Positions 24,495-36,602 of a DNA stretch of 38,816 nt are shown piece by piece. The notes beneath the pieces were generated by a model. That model made no database searches. It had not been told where the DNA came from and worked only from the letters and a program-made list of their open reading frames with translations. Within the stretch, counting starts at the first letter, position 1, and each line of letters begins with the position of its first letter. The translations under genes were made by a program, and so were the position numbers. This DNA is from Octopus bimaculoides (taxonomy: Eukaryota), in assembly GCF_001194135.2 (NCBI RefSeq), contig NC_068982.1:179376062-179414877 (forward strand), written 5' to 3'.

Positions 24495-24495
<1 letters not shown>

Positions 24496-24550
24496 GTAAT
24501 CGACTTATCCCCTCCCCCAAAATGGCTGCCCTTGTGGCAAATTTGAAACC
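24495..24550 (+). mobile_element. SINE family A 3' fragment
   Basis: tgtaatcgact...aaaatggctgcccttgtggcaaatttgaaacc matches the tails at about 24805-24860 and 25470-25526. Confidence 0.75.
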
Positions 24551-24566
24551 ATTATTATCATTATTA

Positions 24567-24651
<85 letters not shown>

Positions 24652-24860
24652 GGGGGTGAGTTGGCAGAATCGTTAGCAGTCAGAGCAAAATGTTTAGCGG
24701 CATTTCGTCATTACATTCTGAGTTCAAATTCCGCCGAGGTCGACTTTGCCTTTCATCCTTTCGGGTTCGATAAAATAAGTATCAGTTGGATGCTAGGATC
24801 GATGATATCGACTGGTGCCCTCCCTGCAAAATTGCTGGTCTTGTGCCAAAATTTGAAACC
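24652..24860 (+). mobile_element. SINE family A, near full length
   Basis: Aligns to 2761-2977 (gagttcaaattccgccgaggtcgactttgcctttcatcctttcggg). Confidence 0.9.
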
Positions 24861-24886
24861 ATTATTATTATCATTATTTTCTCTTT

Positions 24887-25123
24887 ATCACAGATTTTGT
24901 TGGAGCTCCTGGAGTCTAGCATGCATATCGGGCTATCTAATACTTTCCTGATTATTCTGGCCGTGCCAAGGAGGCAAAACTTTTGTAATAGTTCTGCAGA
25001 GTACTCTATTCCAATTTCCTTTATATTTCACTTGATGCGTTTTGATACTGTTCCCAAGGACCCAACAATAATTGGCCCTATTTTCACCTTCCCCATTTTC
25101 CATAGCCGGCTATTTCGTACTTA
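24887..25123 (-). mobile_element. R4/Dong-like LINE extreme 3' end
   Basis: Minus strand reads KYEIARLWKMGKVKIGPIIVGSLGTVSK..IGIEYSAELLQKFCLLGTARIIRKVLD, the typical C-terminus of these restriction-like-endonuclease LINEs. A TAA-rich tail follows. Confidence 0.85.
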
Positions 25124-25185
25124 AGAGGGTTGTATCTATCTATCTATCTATCTTTTCGCCTTCTTTCTTGACTATTCGTGGGTCA

Positions 25186-25254
<69 letters not shown>

Positions 25255-25260
25255 TATTAC

Positions 25261-25314
<54 letters not shown>

Positions 25315-25526
25315 GGCGGTGAGCTGAGCAGAATCGTTAGCACGCCAGGCGAAATCCTTAGCGCTATTTCGTCTGCAGCTACGTTCCGCGTTCACATTCC
25401 GCCGAGGTCGACTTTGTCTTTCATCTTTTCGGGTTCGATAAATTAGGTACCAGTTGAACACCGGGTTCGATGTAATCGACACACCTCCTCTTCTAAAATG
25501 GCTACCCTCGTGGCAAAATTTGAAAC
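25315..25526 (+). mobile_element. SINE family A, near full length
   Basis: Aligns to the other family A copies. Confidence 0.9.
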
Positions 25527-25590
25527 TATTATTATTATTACGGCGGTGCATCAGCATGGCCGCAGCTCTAAGCTGAAACTATAAAAAAAA

Positions 25591-25685
<95 letters not shown>

Positions 25686-25702
25686 TTATTATTATTATTT
25701 AA

Positions 25703-25913
25703 GCAATGAGCTGGCAGAATCGTTAGCACGCTGGATAAAATGCTTAGCGGCATTTTGTTCGTCTTTACGCTCTGAGTTGAAATTCCACTGAGGTTGATTT
25801 TGCCTTTCATCCTCTCGAGATCGATAAAACAATAACCATTTGAGTACTGGGGGTTGTTGTAATCGACTAACCTCCTCCCAAAAATGTTAGCTTTTGTGCT
25901 TATAGCAGAAAGG
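25703..25913 (+). mobile_element. SINE family A, near full length, more diverged
   Basis: gagctggcagaatcgttagcacgc...aaattccactgaggttgattttgcctttcatcct aligns to the other copies. Confidence 0.88.
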
Positions 25914-26804
25914 ATTATTATTATTTTGCTGGTGGTAATTTCTTTTATTGCTACATCGATAATAAAAATGACATTTATATATATTTCATTCATTTATACT
26001 GCTGCAAGATTGTAAAGCCTTAACTCAGTTCGGTACAGGTCAGTCCACAAATACATTAGAAAGGAAGTGCAAAACATTCTATAATTCAGCTAATACTTTA
26101 AAAGTATATAGGAAAAAATAACTAATTGTTGATGACAAATGATAGAATTAACAAATATTTCAAATGTTCTAACAAACAAGTGCTTTTCCACAATGCGAAA
26201 TCTATTTTCTATCTTTAATACAATTGTCAACCATTTATTCTTCAGCCAGAATATCAATAACGGTTTCAAATTTGAAAATTACATAAAAAAAAAAATCTAA
26301 ACATTACTCTAGGCATGCGTTTTCTCCTTTCATTTTAATATTCAATCGATTTCTTCTTATATTGATCCAGTTTACATTTGTAAATTGTTATTACTAAAAA
26401 CGTTTGTTGTTGTTGCATTTTAATTTCATTAAACTTTTATTTTTTTATTTTTTGTCACAGTTGATATTATTAAAGATCGTTTGTTCTATGATTTCACCGT
26501 CTAAACATTATCTTTATTCCTCAGACGGTGTTTGTCACTATGAACTATCTCACTTCTATCCAAATTATTTAGTTGTTTATTTTATAATTATTCTTTCATT
26601 TTCTCAGCCAGAGAAATCAGTACACACATTGAGTACATTTCCTCCTTATAGTCTGCATATTATCTCTAACAGGCTTAGTATCACTACCAGACTAACTCGT
26701 CACTTTGTCTTCTTCACCATTCCCTTACTTTCACTCTAGTTGCTCCGCTTCCTTCGCCTCTACCCTCACTATCTCACACCTTCTCAGTCTCTCTCTCTCT
26801 CTCT

Positions 26805-26841
<37 letters not shown>

Positions 26842-27095
26842 NNNNNNNNNNNNNNNNNNNNNNNNNNNNNNNNNNNNNNNNNNNNNNNNNNNNNNNNNNN
26901 NNNNNNNNNNNNNNNNNNNNNNNNNNNNNNNNNNNNNNNNNNNNNNNNNNNNNNNNNNNNNNNNNNNNNNNNNNNNNNNNNNNNNNNNNNNNNNNNNNNN
27001 NNNNNNNNNNNNNNNNNNNNNNNNNNNNNNNNNNNNNNNNNNNNNNNNNNNNNNNNNNNNNNNNNNNNNNNNNNNNNNNNNNNNNNNNNNNNNNN

Positions 27096-27129
<34 letters not shown>

Positions 27130-27358
27130 ATGTGTGTGTGTATGTATGTATGTATAAATGTGTGTGTGTGTGTATCCTATCTCTTTACTTTCACTTTGCT
27201 AATCTCTTCTACTCAACTCATTAATTAACTTTCATCCTGTTTCTGTCAATCACCTCTTCCAATAATAACACATAACACTTTGGCATTTCATACCTCTTTC
27301 TACTCCTTTTTTTTTCACCTGCTCATTCTCATCTATTCTGCATTTTTCTCTCACTCTC

Positions 27359-27398
<40 letters not shown>

Positions 27399-28057
27399 TC
27401 TTTTCATTCCACTTCTCTTTCCCATACATTTCACCTCTATTTTGATCAACTCTAACCCTTTCTTTCTTTCGTAAAATATACATATAAATGTATACATATA
27501 TATGCATGTATATATATATATGTGTGTGCTTGTGTATTTGTGTGTATGTATTTATGTATGTATGTATGCATGTGTGTATGAATGAATATATGTATGCAAG
27601 TATGTATGCTAGTATTCAAGTATGCATGTGTATGTATGTATGTATGTATGTATGTATTATGTATGTATGTGTGCGCGTGTGCGCGTGTGTGTATGCATTA
27701 TATATGTCTTTCAACGTTTCGCACTTTCTGTCAACAAAATTAAGAAAAGTCAGAGTCCATTAAGTCATTAGTACCAAAGCTGAAATCTCAATCTATTGAT
27801 ATAAGTGAGGTGACAAAAAGTCAGGAAGATGATAAACACAAAGCTGCTGTGCCAAACAAATCTGAGAAAATAACATCCAATCATTGGAATTATTTCACAG
27901 CTGGTGCAGTGGAAACATAACACGATCATAATGGCTTCCGGATCATCTTTTCTCAGTTCTTTCGTTTTTATTTTCGCATCAACAATAGAATGCATCTAGT
28001 CAGCATTGGAGGAATTTCAACCATGTTTCGTGGTCTGCTACCACAACAGCTCCTTTA

Positions 28058-28377
28058 TAGGATCCAGTTAGCTCAAGACATCATCAGGAGGAACCACGTC
28101 CGGTTTCGGCCCCTACTCCTCTACCGTTTTGACGTGGCGGGGCCCCTCCTTTCGGAGGTGTCTTCAGCTCTGGTGTTGGGTGCATGTCTTCTTTCACTGT
28201 TTGTGACTGTTCTAATTCAACTGTGGAATGTCCCTCGCTATGGTTATTTTCCAGGAGGTTCTGGCCACACGTCTTACGGTTCATCAACCCTCGTTGTTGA
28301 ATTACTTTCTTCTGACATACCTTCCCTTGGTGGATTAGGATCCAGTTAGCTCAAGACATCATCAGGAGGAACCACGT
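28058..28377. repeat. Exact 42-bp direct repeat, 278 bp apart, running into an N-gap
   Basis: taggatccagttagctcaagacatcatcaggaggaaccacgt at 28058-28099 and 28336-28377. Confidence 0.9.
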
Positions 28378-29220
28378 NNNNNNNNNNNNNNNNNNNNNNN
28401 NNNNNNNNNNNNNNNNNNNNNNNNNNNNNNNNNNNNNNNNNNNNNNNNNNNNNNNNNNNNNNNNNNNNNNNNNNNNNNNNNNNNNNNNNNNNNNNNNNNN
28501 NNNNNNNNNNNNNNNNNNNNNNNNNNNNNNNNNNNNNNNNNNNNNNNNNNNNNNNNNNNNNNNNNNNNNNNNNNNNNNNNNNNNNNNNNNNNNNNNNNNN
28601 NNNNNNNNNNNNNNNNNNNNNNNNNNNNNNNNNNNNNNNNNNNNNNNNNNNNNNNNNNNNNNNNNNNNNNNNNNNNNNNNNNNNNNNNNNNNNNNNNNNN
28701 NNNNNNNNNNNNNNNNNNNNNNNNNNNNNNNNNNNNNNNNNNNNNNNNNNNNNNNNNNNNNNNNNNNNNNNNNNNNNNNNNNNNNNNNNNNNNNNNNNNN
28801 NNNNNNNNNNNNNNNNNNNNNNNNNNNNNNNNNNNNNNNNNNNNNNNNNNNNNNNNNNNNNNNNNNNNNNNNNNNNNNNNNNNNNNNNNNNNNNNNNNNN
28901 NNNNNNNNNNNNNNNNNNNNNNNNNNNNNNNNNNNNNNNNNNNNNNNNNNNNNNNNNNNNNNNNNNNNNNNNNNNNNNNNNNNNNNNNNNNNNNNNNNNN
29001 NNNNNNNNNNNNNNNNNNNNNNNNNNNNNNNNNNNNNNNNNNNNNNNNNNNNNNNNNNNNNNNNNNNNNNNNNNNNNNNNNNNNNNNNNNNNNNNNNNNN
29101 NNNNNNNNNNNNNNNNNNNNNNNNNNNNNNNNNNNNNNNNNNNNNNNATATGTATATATATAAATATATATATATATATAAACATATATGTATATATATA
29201 TATATGTATGTATATATATG

Positions 29221-29255
<35 letters not shown>

Positions 29256-29377
29256 CCACACGCACAAAAGTATGTACATACATATATGTGAATATGTATT
29301 TACGTATCTATATACATATGTGCGTGTACATGTGTGTGTGTACATGTGTGTGTGTGTATGGTGTGTGTGTATGGTGT

Positions 29378-29420
<43 letters not shown>

Positions 29421-29569
29421 GTGTGTGTGTGTGCACATACATATACATAATTGTCTTTCTAATTCTATGAACGTTCCACCAATGGTTTAGCTTGATAATA
29501 TGAAGACTTTGTTAGGCGCCCAAAATTGATTTCTTTAGAATTAATAGTTGAAAGAGACACAGTCAATTG

Positions 29570-29680
29570 AAGTGTTTCTGTTCTATCACCAGTGGTTGTG
29601 TTATCGTCTGAGAAGAGATGAAAGTCAAAGTTTATCACAACTGGATTTAAACTTGAGGCTGAGACAATAGAAAGTTAAAA
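29570..29680 (-). mobile_element. Old, diverged SINE family A fragment
   Basis: ttatcgtctgaagagatgaaagtcaaagtttatcacaactggatttaaact resembles the reverse complement of the family A core. Confidence 0.5.
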
Positions 29681-30294
29681 CTAAAACTTTTACTCTGTTG
29701 TCTGTTGTCAGCTTCATTTCAGCTATCCTCTATATAGTTTTAATGCTGTTATTCTACAATGCAATAGTGTTAAAAAGCTGTTGCCATTGTTGTTGTTGTA
29801 GTTGTTGAGACCCATGTAAGACTTGAATCGAGGAAAATCATCATTAAAAATATTCCAGCCATGACCAGCTCGTCCTATGGTGTGTCTAGAACTATATTGT
29901 ACGATGCATGTCTCATACAACGATTCATAAAATACATGTTTCTTTTGCTAAGCGCGAAAAAATGTGAGTTCACGCCGACGTTCCCTGTACGTGTAACCTT
30001 TTGGTGAGACATGTACGCTGCATATCTCATGAACGTAGACTGTAGATTTAATCTGAAGCTAAGTCATGCATGTGACACAAGTTGAAGATATTTCACCTCT
30101 CAGCCAAAAATTATATATATGTATATTATGGCCTTTTGTTTGATAAGGTTTGATAATAATGCTCTGTTGGTATCAGCAGGAAAATATTAAATAAACTGCA
30201 GGGGAGCTACCTAGCTGGCAGGTGGCTTCTATCTTTTTCCATGGCAGCCAATCGACATTGATATAAGTGCTAAAATAATTTTAGCACTTCTTTC

Positions 30295-30345
30295 TCTTAA
30301 CTTTTATCAAGGAAAGGTAACGCCAACTCTGCCGGAATTTGAAAT
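30295..30345 (-). mobile_element. Short SINE family A fragment
   Basis: aggaaaggtaacgccaactctgccggaatttgaa is approximately the reverse complement of ttcaaattccgccgaggtcgactttgcctttc. Confidence 0.45.
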
Positions 30346-31407
30346 AATAAGTTAACAGGACCGACCTAGATAGATTATATTTTGCTTCCTCTTAGTATAA
30401 CTATTTTTTCATTATTTAAACTATTTTTATTACTTTTTATTGACACTGAGCATCACTAGCTTCCTCGGATTCTGTGGGTTTATAAACTATTTTAATGTGT
30501 TTAGTTAAGAAATATCAACATTTTTTCGACCATCATCATTTTACATTAAAAATAATTCTAAAAACATCAGAACTTAGGTTTTAGAAAGGATGTTATTGAG
30601 ACTGCATTACCATTCCCAGCATCATTAAGTCGTTAAGTGAAATACTTTGGTTCCATGTAGGAAATAAAACTATCATCTAGTCTGGAAGAGAGCATAATTC
30701 CCATTTGACGACATTCCTCAAGAACTAGAAGGAGCCAACTTTGCGTGATTTTTTTTTTGTCATTAAATGTTTCAGAAATGACAAATATATTTATGATTTC
30801 TCAAAATACATCGAAATTCATGGGATTCAAATAACAGCATTTCATGTATTTATATACGATTGCTTTTTCCTTATTATTATAAACTTGCGATTTGTTACTT
30901 TATAAAGTTAGAAATAACGTAAGCAAAATTAACCTTGACTTCAGTACAGATAAAACAAGCTTAATTAAACAATCAGTCTTTACTGCTTTAAAATATTAGA
31001 AACTCGTTCACTTCTGGTATTGATGTAACCAAAACGTGTGTGTAAGTTTGTGGGCATGTGTGTGCGTATGAGGTGTATGTGTTGTATATTATTAGATATA
31101 CAGAAACTATATACGTAAGCTACGTTATTCTAGACACGAATAGATATTTAACGGTATATTTCCAACGCTGATATATACAAGCGGCCAACTGAATGAAACT
31201 ACATTTCCGGATATGAATACAAGTTTATCTCTACATAGATACTGAATACAGGCTTCTCTCATATAAATCGTATATACACACACATAGCTATGTGGGTAAG
31301 ATTATCACTTTGCATCCATATGGTTTCGGGTACAGTTCCGATTGATGGCGTGGGAGTGAATTTGGTAGTTAGTGGAAATTATTCGGAATTCACCGTATGT
31401 TTGTATG

Positions 31408-31439
<32 letters not shown>

Positions 31440-32719
31440 TGTATGTATGTATGTATGTATGTATGTATGTATGTATATATATATGTATGCATGTATATGT
31501 ATGTATGTATGTTATCAATCAGTTTCATTTCTGTATTTCTTGTCCATAGAGAAAGAGCCGGACTCTAACATAGATTCAAGGTTCCTTCATTGGAACTTTT
31601 ATCAACATCATCTAGGTATTTGTGCATATGTGTGTGTGTGCAGTATTTGGTGTTAGTGTATGCGCAGATTTGTATGTTTGTTTTATGGATGCGTTTTAGA
31701 TGCATGCATATGTATTTATGTGCTAAATTTTTGGAAAGTTTTACATATCTTTACAGTTCCATTGATGGCTTGNNNNNNNNNNNNNNNNNNNNNNNNNNNN
31801 NNNNNNNNNNNNNNNNNNNNNNNNNNNNNNNNNNNNNNNNNNNNNNNNNNNNNNNNNNNNNNNNNNNNNNNNNNNNNNNNNNNNNNNNNNNNNNNNNNNN
31901 NNNNNNNNNNNNNNNNNNNNNNNNNNNNNNNNNNNNNNNNNNNNNNNNNNNNNNNNNNNNNNNNNNNNNNNNNNNNNNNNNNNNNNNNNNNNNNNNNNNN
32001 NNNNNNNNNNNNNNNNNNNNNNNNNNNNNNNNNNNNNNNNNNNNNNNNNNNNNNNNNNNNNNNNNNNNNNNNNNNNNNNNNNNNNNNNNNNNNNNNNNNN
32101 NNNNNNNNNNNNNNNNNNNNNNNNNNNNNNNNNNNNNNNNNNNNNNNNNNNNNNNNNNNNNNNNNNNNNNNNNNNNNNNNNNNNNNNNNNNNNNNNNNNN
32201 NNNNNNNNNNNNNNNNNNNNNNNNNNNNNNNNNNNNNNNNNNNNNNNNNNNNNNNNNNNNNNNNNNNNNNATACACACATACATGCATACATACATACAT
32301 ACATAATACATACATATATACATGCATACATACATACATACATACATAAATACATACATGTATGTATGTATGTATTTATGTATGTATGTATGTATGTATG
32401 TATATATGTATGTATGCATGTATATATGTATTATGTATGTATGTATGTATGTATGTATGTATGCATGTATGTGTGTATGCATGTGTGTATGAGTGTGTAT
32501 ATATGCATCTATGTGGGGAATGTGTATGTGTATGCATGTAAGTATGTGAGAAATGTGTGTGTCTGTTTGTGTGTGCATGACTGTGCCTTTGTGTGTATGG
32601 TTGTCCCCAGTGTTGGTTTGTTAACTGCTACTTAAATTTTCGGTTCAGCGAGAGATCGATACAATAAATGCCAGATTTATATACGATTTTACAAGAACAA
32701 AATTCGAACTTCTACTATG

Positions 32720-35250
32720 TTACTTCACAGTTCTTCTGAACATACACAACATGTTGTCAGCGGATTTAACAATAGCAGTAACAATAAAAAATATATACAA
32801 GAAGTTAGAAGAGTGAGGACTAATAGAATCTTTCAAGAACAGATTATTTCCATTTTAAAACTTGCTTTACAGGAAACACCACACGTGACTAACATTAATA
32901 CAAAAACAAATGAATTGCTTTCCACGGAGATTAATGAAATCGGGAGGGAATATTTACGACAATGTCATTTGCGCTTTGGTAAATTAATGATCACTTTTAT
33001 AAACTCTCAACAACTGCAATGAAGGACCGTAGAAATGCTGAAGAAGTAATAAATAAGATGAAAACAATAAATATGTGCTATTCTGGATTTGGAAAATGGG
33101 GACAAGATCATTGATTAACAGAAAAAGTATCTGTTATGTAGCGTTGCTTATCACTGGTAAACAAATATATAACAAAATTATCTATTCGTAAAGAAAGATA
33201 AAATAGAAAAGATATTTGTTAGCAAGAAACCGTTTGAGTACAAATCAATCACATTAATCACATTTAAATAAGAGTTAAAAGCTTCCAGTAAAAACTCCAA
33301 GATCAGAAAGAAAAATGAATAAGAAATATAAAAGAAGACCATCTTACAGTTTACAAAAATACAAGGGAGCAAGGGTAAGAAATAAATGTCATAAAAGCTT
33401 CTTCCTCAGAAAGATGTGGATTCATTCAGGAGAAAATATCTGGAACGAAGAAAATTATTTTAATCGGATAAGAAACCCGAAACAAATATTGTTTTGTCTT
33501 TATATTAAAGTAAAATTACAACACCAATGATAAGGCCCTTCAGACTGAAATTTAAAAATTTATAAGAAAGCACCAGGGAAAGCCTTTGTTGTCGAGTACC
33601 AGTAAAAAAAAAACTGACCATCTATCAGGAGTAGCTCGTTGACCTTTATAAGCAAACTTCTCTCTTTGTGAATAGAAAAAAGGAAACCAAGCTGGTTGGT
33701 GCTGGCATAAACAAAAATGATACCCCCAAAACAATGTCATTTACATGGTGAAAAGCTGCTGACTTATCACATGCCAGAATCTAATGTATGAAATGGATAC
33801 AGCCTGTCTGAAAATTTCCCGCTAGGAACACTGTGATGGTAACAATATAATTAAAATTGTACAAGCAACTAGGAAGGAATTTGGAGATGGTCTGAATTAA
33901 CTTTTTATTAACAGAACTCTGATGTCAAATGAACGTCCACGTAGAAGGGACTTGATTATATTAGATTCCAAAAAAAAAAAACACATTGTTTCCCGCTGGA
34001 GGATGTTAGAGGTCCTTTGATTTGCTAAAGTTGTAAACACCACAATCAAGACCAAAGACAAGCTGATTTCGTTCTGAGCCACTTTCCTTTGAAGTTAAAA
34101 ATTGCATATGGTTCTTTTGTCATTGATAGGCTACAATAACGAGGAGATATATTTTAGGGTGACAATATCTCTGTGATACTGTTTATACTTCTTTGTTGAG
34201 AAAATTTGAAGAGTTGGCTCATAGGAAAACAGGAAACCCAACGCAATGCATTGCTTGTGAACGATCTTAAAGTGTGTGCCAAAAATATGAATTGTATGAA
34301 GAAAAGTCTTGACCATTTCCTCAATGAATATAAGGACGGAGTTAAGTAAGAATGCATATTCCTGCATGATGGTAATACGAGAGCAAACTATGCATATGAG
34401 TCCGTCATGCAACATTTATATCAATCGCCTATCTCTCCGATAACTGATAAGAAAATATTATTTGTCCTAAGACTGAATGAATGAACATAGATCCTGTGAT
34501 GGCATTTTAACAAGGAATGAGTAACCAGGGAATGTAATATTTTATATTAAAAAAATATGGTCTTCACTCTTAAAACGGAAACAAGGTTGCCGACGTTTAA
34601 CATTAATTCACACAGGTTTTTAATGCATTATATCTCTTTCACAAGATCTACTAACCACCAAGTGCCGAAGTACGCCCATGCATTAAATCTGCATATATGA
34701 GGCAGACAGTTTCATGAGAGTTTAAAATGAATTCTTCGAAAAGTATTCCCCGACTAACGACTGAGAAATGGCACAAGTCTACCACAACAGAAAATCAGAG
34801 AAGACTTGCATGTCAGCACAAGGTTATGCATAACTATTATGCCAAAAAACTTCAAAGTTACAGTATCTTACAAAAGTTATGTAGTCTATTTTGAACTACC
34901 AACCAAGACATGCTTCGAAGGATATGCTTCTGCAATACAAAAACAAAACATAGCAGCAGAATGTCTGATGCGAAAAAGTGACAGGGATGTTGCTAAACCA
35001 CGTGAAAACTGAAGCATCTATGCTAACAGAAATCTGCACTTATTCGACACCTGCTATAGCTTTAAACTTATATCTATAATTATTGCAGTACTTCGATGTG
35101 TATCTATCTAATTGCCTTAAAATCAATCCCGAGAAGCATAATTTCACAAAAACTGAAAGAAATCGACGAATCAGGAAAATACAGTTACAAAGTGTGAAAG
35201 CTGTATGAAAGCTGTATAAAGCATTTCAGAAATCTATTATGTAATAAGTG
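32720..35250 (+). mobile_element. Heavily decayed R4/Dong-like LINE including RT remnants
   Basis: ENIWNEENYFN (~33430), ITCQNLMYE (~33766; YRPITCxNxxYK), ALLVNDLKVCAKN (~34248; HLLxMDDLKLYAK) and EGYASAIQKQNIAAECLMRK (~34915). Many stops and frameshifts. Confidence 0.7.
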
Positions 35251-36192
35251 TATATAGAAATGTTTAGAGAAGCAAATCTACATACCCATACATAAGTCAA
35301 AATATACATTCAATGATATCAAAGCCTGTATACGTCTGTATGTGTGCACTTAATGTATGCTCAAGGATACATACTTATTACGCAAACATACGTTCATACA
35401 TACGTTTATACATGCATACTTACGTGCACAAATGCATCTATATCACACTGCTGTTATCTAAATTCAATGAAGAGCACGCTTCTGGGTTAGAATTACACTT
35501 TTTCTTCATTGTTATGATATTCAAAAATTAAACCAGAAGAACTTATATGCATGAATATATGAAAGTAGCCTAAACGGAATGACACTAGAAAAATGGATCA
35601 AAATAAATCCATTAAAATTTACTTGCATGTTTTATACATCATTTATAGCTCAAAACAATTTTATAATATATACACGTGTGTGTATGTGTGTGTATGTATA
35701 TAATTTATATATATACATAACTTGTATCTTTATTTTAGTCTGTGTACATTGATATATTTTCCATATACCATTCCGTTTCAGCTAGTTTTATATATCTATA
35801 TATCATTGTATAGCTATTTGAATTCTTTGTTAAACACTTACAGAAAGGAATATTCTGTATTTCTGTATAGCTACATATATAACAGATATCTATTCTTATC
35901 AGTAACATTATGACGTTCCACCTTCTAGATTTAATCATTGATCTTAAATTCAAAATATTGAGCTCTTTCAAACGTAGGGATTTACATATAAAATTATAGC
36001 GAGCCTTCCGAAATTTTCGGCAGATCTCGGCAGATTCGGATGATTTGAAAATTGCAGTAACGTGGAAATATATTTATTCGTGTATGGATACGCGCGCGTG
36101 CGTAAGCCCCAGTATATGTTTGTATGTATGTTTATTTGTTTCGTCTTTGTCCATTCTGTTAAAATGTCTTATTGACGTGTTTGGTTTCCTTC

Positions 36193-36278
36193 TTTCCCTG
36201 ATGAGAAGATTGCATTCTTTTTCACTATTTTATTCCTTCTGGAATAATACCAATGTTTTCTTCGAAACATGTCGGAAG
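36193..36278 (+). ncRNA. Type I hammerhead ribozyme (palindromic stem III, elongated stem II)
   Basis: Stem I UUUCC(36193-97)/GGAAG(36274-78); CUGAUGA 36198-204; stem II GAAGA(36205-09)/UCUUC(36259-63) enclosing a UUAUUCC-uucu-GGAAUAA hairpin; GAAA 36264-67; stem III ACAUGU is a palindrome; canonical GUC triplet with predicted cut after 36273. Confidence 0.8.
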
Positions 36279-36323
36279 TAAAAAGATTTGAATAACACCT
36301 GAATTTAACTCCATTAATTTATT

Positions 36324-36368
<45 letters not shown>

Positions 36369-36602
36369 NNNNNNNNNNNNNNNNNNNNNNNNNNNNNNNN
36401 NNNNNNNNNNNNNNNNNNNNNNNNNNNNNNNNNNNNNNNNNNNNNNNNNNNNNNNNNNNNNNNNNNNNNNNNNNNNNNNNNNNNNNNNNNNNNNNNNNNN
36501 NNNNNNNNNNNNNNNNNNNNNNNNNNNNNNNNNNNNNNNNNNNNNNNNNNATATTATGTAAATAGAGGAATTTATCTGTAAAACTATGTGACACTTATTC
36601 TG

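Larger units (their letters stand above)
24445..25700. repeat. Interrupted (ATT)n/(ACT)n microsatellite tracts
   Basis: Several long TAT/ATT runs (about 24445-24494, 24552-24650, 25187-25312, 25595-25700) separated by retroposon inserts. Confidence 0.95.

Noticed and set aside
24445-25930. Regularly interspersed repeats superficially like a CRISPR array
   Set aside because: Eukaryotic context; units are ~210-bp SINEs separated by microsatellites, with no cas genes.
27753-27917. Open frame on + (KSLVPKLKSQSIDISEVTKSQEDDKHK...) that looks exon-like
   Set aside because: No polypyrimidine tract at the candidate acceptor, a weak donor and no recognisable protein family.
1769-36594. Long ORFs in the track (150-412 aa) with X runs or YI/CV/HT/poly-I/poly-L tracts
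   Set aside because: They read through N-gaps (1983-2321, 3379-3545, 11800-11947, 16129-16649, 19613-20571, 26842-27095, 28378-29147, 31773-32270, 36369-36550) or microsatellites. They are not genes.
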